From NCBI GenBank assembly GCA_046484135.1, contig JAWOBU010000086.1:1-36647 (forward strand): 36,647 nt of DNA, in the 5' to 3' direction. How positions within the stretch are numbered: the stretch's first letter is position 1; every line of letters begins with the position of its first letter. Positions 36,551-36,647 of the stretch are shown here, piece by piece. The DNA is from a bacterium (GTDB taxonomy: Bacteria > RBG-13-61-14 > DATKZS01). Under the pieces are notes generated by a model. That model was not told where the DNA came from and did no database searches. It saw only the letters and a program-made list of their open reading frames with translations. The position numbers and the translations under genes were made by a program.

Positions 36551-36647
36551 AAAGCCGTCCTGTGCCAATGGCAGCCGGACAGGCGAGCCGGACGGGCTAC
36601 CGAAAAGGATTTTTAATATCTAAGTATCTAACAACAAATATAAAAAT

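Noticed and set aside
36383..36616. 77-aa ORF and the 81-aa ORF at 18634-18879
   Set aside because: They are translations of the 8-bp-periodic repeat regions with no protein-like features

Overview
GC-rich bacterial chromosomal window. Gene content (NtrX, CarD, VKOR-DsbA fusion, TSUP-DUF1634 pair, FHA-GAF cyclase) suggests a deltaproteobacterial/Desulfobacterota-like organism; this is an inference. Left (1-8264, minus strand): a 7-gene cell-surface glycan/glycolipid cluster of GT4, epimerase, GT-C-like membrane protein, polyprenol-P-type GT2, B12 radical SAM, GT2 and a hexapeptide acyltransferase that the ORF track missed. Middle: TauE/SafE exporter-DUF1634-porin operon, anmK plus M20 peptidase, ntrX-like regulator, Tat sulfatase, glgC, PAS/GAF hybrid kinase, VKOR-DsbA, prenol-kinase-like protein, carD behind a perfect sigma70 promoter, geranylgeranyl reductase-family enzyme and a second B12 radical SAM. 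Right, accessory region: two hicB-hicA modules (one toxin frameshifted) flanking a half-MFS/DUF4234-like membrane protein, plus a 72-bp relic of its paralog; an FHA-GAF adenylate cyclase; a stand-alone mini corrinoid Fe-S protein with an unusual cap-helix motif (the best novelty candidate); and a 3'-truncated, compositionally mosaic Type IIG restriction-modification gene. Two families of short intergenic repeats are present (8-bp-periodic inverted repeats and REP-like hairpins). No rRNA, tRNA, CRISPR array, integrase or transposase was recognised. All family calls come from motif recognition, not database searches.
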